The notes below the pieces were generated by a model. That model had not been told where the DNA came from and searched no databases. It saw only the letters and a list, made by a program, of their open reading frames with translations. A stretch of 64,000 nucleotides of DNA, from NCBI GenBank assembly GCA_033442325.1, contig JAWQFM010000013.1, forward strand, positions 1,433,035 through 1,497,034, read 5' to 3'. Source of the stretch: Salpingoeca rosetta (Eukaryota > Protista > Choanoflagellata). Shown here in pieces: positions 59,845 through 64,000 of this stretch (position 1 is the stretch's first letter; every line of letters begins with the position of its first letter). A program made the position numbers and the translations under genes.

Positions 59845-60320
59845 GTGTGTGTGTGTGTGTGCATGTGGTGTGTGTGTGTGCATGTGGTGTGTGTGTGTGT
59901 GTGTGTGTGTGCGTGTCAATGTATTGTTGTCTTGGTTGTAGGAGATCGCAGTTGGAAAAGCAGAGAGAACAACCATCCTGTTTCGTGTAAGCATGATAAC
60001 CACCACCACCACCACCACCACCACCATGACAACAATGCGTACATGAGAGCTTTGCGGCGTGTGCGGTGATGTACTGCTCCAGCTCCTGCAGATCAACCCG
60101 CCCGTCACCGTTGGCGTCAATTTCCGCCCAGAAGTCCTTGGGCGGATAAGTTGGAGGAGGAATGTTAGGGGTTGGTGGTGGTTGTTGGGTGAGCGGCAAA
60201 TTGGGAGTCAGGGGGGGGGGCGAATGCACGTGGCACGCGATCGATATCATGGCAGGCCTCCACACAAGACAACGCGCAAGACACAATACACATCACATCA
60301 CGCCACACTTCACACATCAC

Positions 60321-60375
<55 letters not shown>

Positions 60376-61010
60376 ACACACACACACAGATCAGACACCA
60401 GGACAGGACGGCATGTGCATGCGCGCACCTTCCACCTGCGGCCCGCGATTCCAAGCTCCCTGCGCATACTGTCATCGTCGTGGATGACGCGCTTGAGCTC
60501 ACGGTGGGAGAGAACGCCGTTGCCGTCGCGATCGGCGGCAGTGAACAGCTCGCGTGCGCGCTGTAGCACTCGTTCCTCTGAGGTGGTGGTGTGGCGGTGA
60601 TGGTGATGTGAACAAGGGTGCAGTATAGCAACAAGGCGGAATGAACACACACACATACATACATACATACATACATACATACATACATACATACATACAT
60701 ACATACATACATACATACATACATACATACATACATACATACACACGCGCACGAAACACAAGACACAAGGCCAATGCACCTGTTGGAGCGCTGAGTGTCT
60801 TCAGCTGCGACTTGAGTGTGTTCCTCACATACTCCGCCTCGCTCAAATTCTCCGAGAGCGATCGGTTCTGTTGCAACAGCTCATCAATGCGCGCGGCCAT
60901 CTCGCCCTCCTTCTCCTCCCACGCCGCTGCGGCCTTCGCGTGCTCATCAGCAGCCGCACGCAGCCTGTGTTGTGTTGTGTGTTGTGTTGTGTGTGTTGAG
61001 TTGTGTTGTT

Positions 61011-61090
<80 letters not shown>

Positions 61091-62325
61091 GCAGCAGGGA
61101 TGCACGCGCAACAGCTCACCCTTCTCGCATACGACCACAACCAACACAATCACCATCTTCTCCTCCTCCTCCATCACCAGTACCAGCACCACAACCATCC
61201 GCATCATCTGGGCACCAACGCACTCTGCGATGTCCTGTGCGTGTGTGTCTGCGGTGTCGGCTGCGGCCTTGAGTTCATCGCGCTCTTTCGTCAGCGACGC
61301 GACCTGCTCCTTGAACGACCTGCAAGGGCGTCACGTGATGGTGGTGGTGGCGGTGTTGAGTGAATGACGAGTGAGTGAGTGAGTGAGTGAGTGAGTGTGT
61401 GTGTGTGTGTGTGTACAGTGAGTGAGTGTGTGTGTGTGTGTGTACAGTGAGTGAGTGAGTGAGTGAGTGAGTGCGTGCATGAGTGAGTGTGTGTACAGTG
61501 AGTGAGTGAGTGAGTGTACAGTGAATGAGGGAGTGAGTGAGTGTGCGCGCACGCTCGAATGGCAGTGACAGCGGTGACGCAAATGCTCGAAACAGCTCAC
61601 ACACACATGCACATGCACATTCGCATGCATGCACGCGTCCGTACTTGATTGTTTCCTTGCATTTGGCCAGCAGCTTCTCGTGCCGTGCCAGCTTCGCCTT
61701 TGTTGCCTCCACGTCCTGCCCTTCCCTCTCCGCCTTAACCTTCGCCTGCTCCTCCCTGTCGGCCTGTGCGCCGGCTGCTGCGTTCGCCTGCTGCTGCAAC
61801 TCGACCTTAAGTGCCTCCACCTGCGACTGCAGCACTCGTCGCTCCTCCATCTTCTCCTCAGCACCCCCGAGCTCAACCCGCAGCGCTGCAACCTGAACAC
61901 ACACACACAACACACACACACAACACACACACACAGACATGAGTGGAAGGAAGGCGTGAATGGAAGCGGGACGTAAGCAGGCGTGTATTTGTGTGTGTGA
62001 ACACAAATAGTGCTATGTCGGATGCAGCCACTCCAAACAGCACACAACACGCTAAAATGATGTGTGTATGTGCGTGCATGTGTATGTGTGTATGTGTGTG
62101 TGTGTGTGCAATGCGCCACCTGGCTCTGCAGGACGCGGTTTTGCTCCTGCGCCTCCGCCATCTCGTTGTTCTGGATCTTCAGCGCTTGCACCTGACCGCG
62201 GACACGACGGGCGGTGCAAAGGGAAGGGAAGTGGAGCGTGTGAAGCAGGGTGTATGTGTGTGTGTGTGTGTGTGCGTGTGAGTGAGTGGGTGAGTGTGTG
62301 TGTGTGTGTGCGTGTGAGTGAGTGG

Positions 62326-62387
<62 letters not shown>

Positions 62388-62499
62388 TATGCACATCAAA
62401 CGCGCTTCAGCCATCCGACACACCACTACTCCGCCTTCGACGTTTCATGCCAGTGCATCACCACCACCACCACCACCACCACCATCATTACCCTCACCC

Positions 62500-62548
<49 letters not shown>

Positions 62549-62559
62549 TACCCTCACCC

Positions 62560-62643
<84 letters not shown>

Positions 62644-63888
62644 CCTGTGTCTGGAAGACGCGGACCTGCTCCTGCTGCTCCTCCAGCTGGTTGGCGAGCG
62701 CCTGTCTCTCTGCCTGCGCCTCAGCCAATCGCTGCTTGTACTTCTCAACCCGTTTCACCTGTCGCCACCACCACAACAGCAGCACGCATCGCCCCATCCA
62801 TGGCCCCGTGAAGGCGGTGATGAACCAATTTGGGCAAGAAGCACCGATACTGACATCACACAACAACGACACGCAGCTCTGCAATGTAATGTGTAATGCG
62901 CAAACGCACACACACACACACACATGTGCGTGCAAACACAAGTACACGTGCACATGGCCATCGCACGCAACGCACACACACACCTGCTTCTGGTACGCCT
63001 CTGCGGTGATGGCTCCCGGTGCAGCGGCCTTGTTGGAACCCGGCAGGCTCGTGTCAGAGCCCTGATACGTACGACGTGGGGGTGAGTGCGTGAAAGGACG
63101 GAAATGTGAATGTTGAAGCAAGGATAAGTGCTTGTGCTTGTCGTGTGAGTGGTTGATTCAACACCACATGTACCTGCTTCGGGAGGTCCTTTGGCTTGGT
63201 CGCATCCTGCAGGCAATCAAGCAAATGTGGTGAGAGTCGCATCCAGATATTTTGCTTTCACGTACACACACACACACACACACACACGAGACGGTAGTCA
63301 GTCATAGATACGCACTGCACGACGATGGTTGTGTGTACCTTCACGGCGCCCTCCATGCGCTTCTTCAAGGAGGAGAACATGCCGCCGGCCTTCTTTGGCT
63401 TGGGCGTCTTGTCAGTGGCACTGGCATCGCTGGTATCGGCCTATCGTCACACGAGCACGAGCAGGGCTCAGGGTGAGCGACAAAAGCCGGGCATTTGGGT
63501 GTTCTTGTTGAAGTATCACTCCCATGCATTCCAGCCACAAAACGCACGCACACATGCACGCACACACGCACACACACATGCACGCACACACGCACACACG
63601 CACAGGGACGCACGCACACACACACACAACCCACACGCTGGCAAACGTGTTTGCACACACCCCACATGCATGTGCTGTCACGCTTGCCTTGTTGGCTGAG
63701 GATGAAGATGCGGGTTCAGTGTCAGCGGTTGCGGGATCGGTGGTGGTTTGCGGTTGCTTTCCGTTTCCGGCCGGTTGCGCTTCCTTCTGCTTCGTGTCAG
63801 TGGCACCTGTGCTCGCGGAGGACTCTGTCTTTTCCTCCTCCTCCGCAGCCGTGCGTTCAATCACCTTCTTCTTCAGCCCAGCAAACAT
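51669..63888 (-). CDS. GRIP-domain trans-Golgi golgin (golgin-245/GOLGA4-like) with an internal EF-hand pair
   Basis: N-terminus [11 protein letters not shown] matches the golgin-97/245 vesicle-capture motif. [14 protein letters not shown] resembles the golgin-245 LLKRCKETI motif. Extensive coiled-coil exons. C-terminal [36 protein letters not shown]; stop at 51669. Confidence 0.88.
57528..57901 (-). repeat. Coding 84-bp tandem repeat, about 4.5 copies ([28 protein letters not shown])
   Basis: Near-identical 84-nt units, in frame within the golgin exon. Confidence 0.95.
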
Positions 63889-64000
63889 CGTCGTCGCTGG
63901 TGCTGGCTGTTGTGTTTGTGTTGTTGGTGTTGGTGTTGGTGTGCTGTGTTGTGCTGTGTTGGTTGTGCCGGCTTCTGCTGTGTATGTGGAGGTGAGACAA

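Overview
Intron-rich eukaryotic DNA with (TG)n/(CA)n-filled introns and poly-Q coding tracts. Style and gene content suggest a choanoflagellate such as Salpingoeca; this is inference, not a database match. I reconstructed ten spliced protein genes by hand: (1,2) a head-to-head pair of paralogous fusion genes, each encoding signal peptide + Notum/pectin-acetylesterase (PAE) ectodomain + TM + ABCG half-transporter, one with an intact Ser-Asp-His triad and one with all three residues replaced; (3) a secreted, intron-containing T4-phage-type (GH24) lysozyme; (4,5) a tail-to-tail pair of Q-rich proteins sharing an 8-Cys domain whose spacing resembles the nuclear-receptor DNA-binding domain; (6) a papain-family cathepsin; (7) NOP56; (8) glycine cleavage H protein; (9) a ~2500-aa coiled-coil/low-complexity orphan; (10) a golgin-245-like GRIP golgin with an inserted EF-hand pair. 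The best candidates for an undescribed system are the active/pseudo-esterase ABCG pair and the nuclear-receptor-like zinc-finger pair. Most short ORFs in the supplied track are microsatellite or antisense artefacts.
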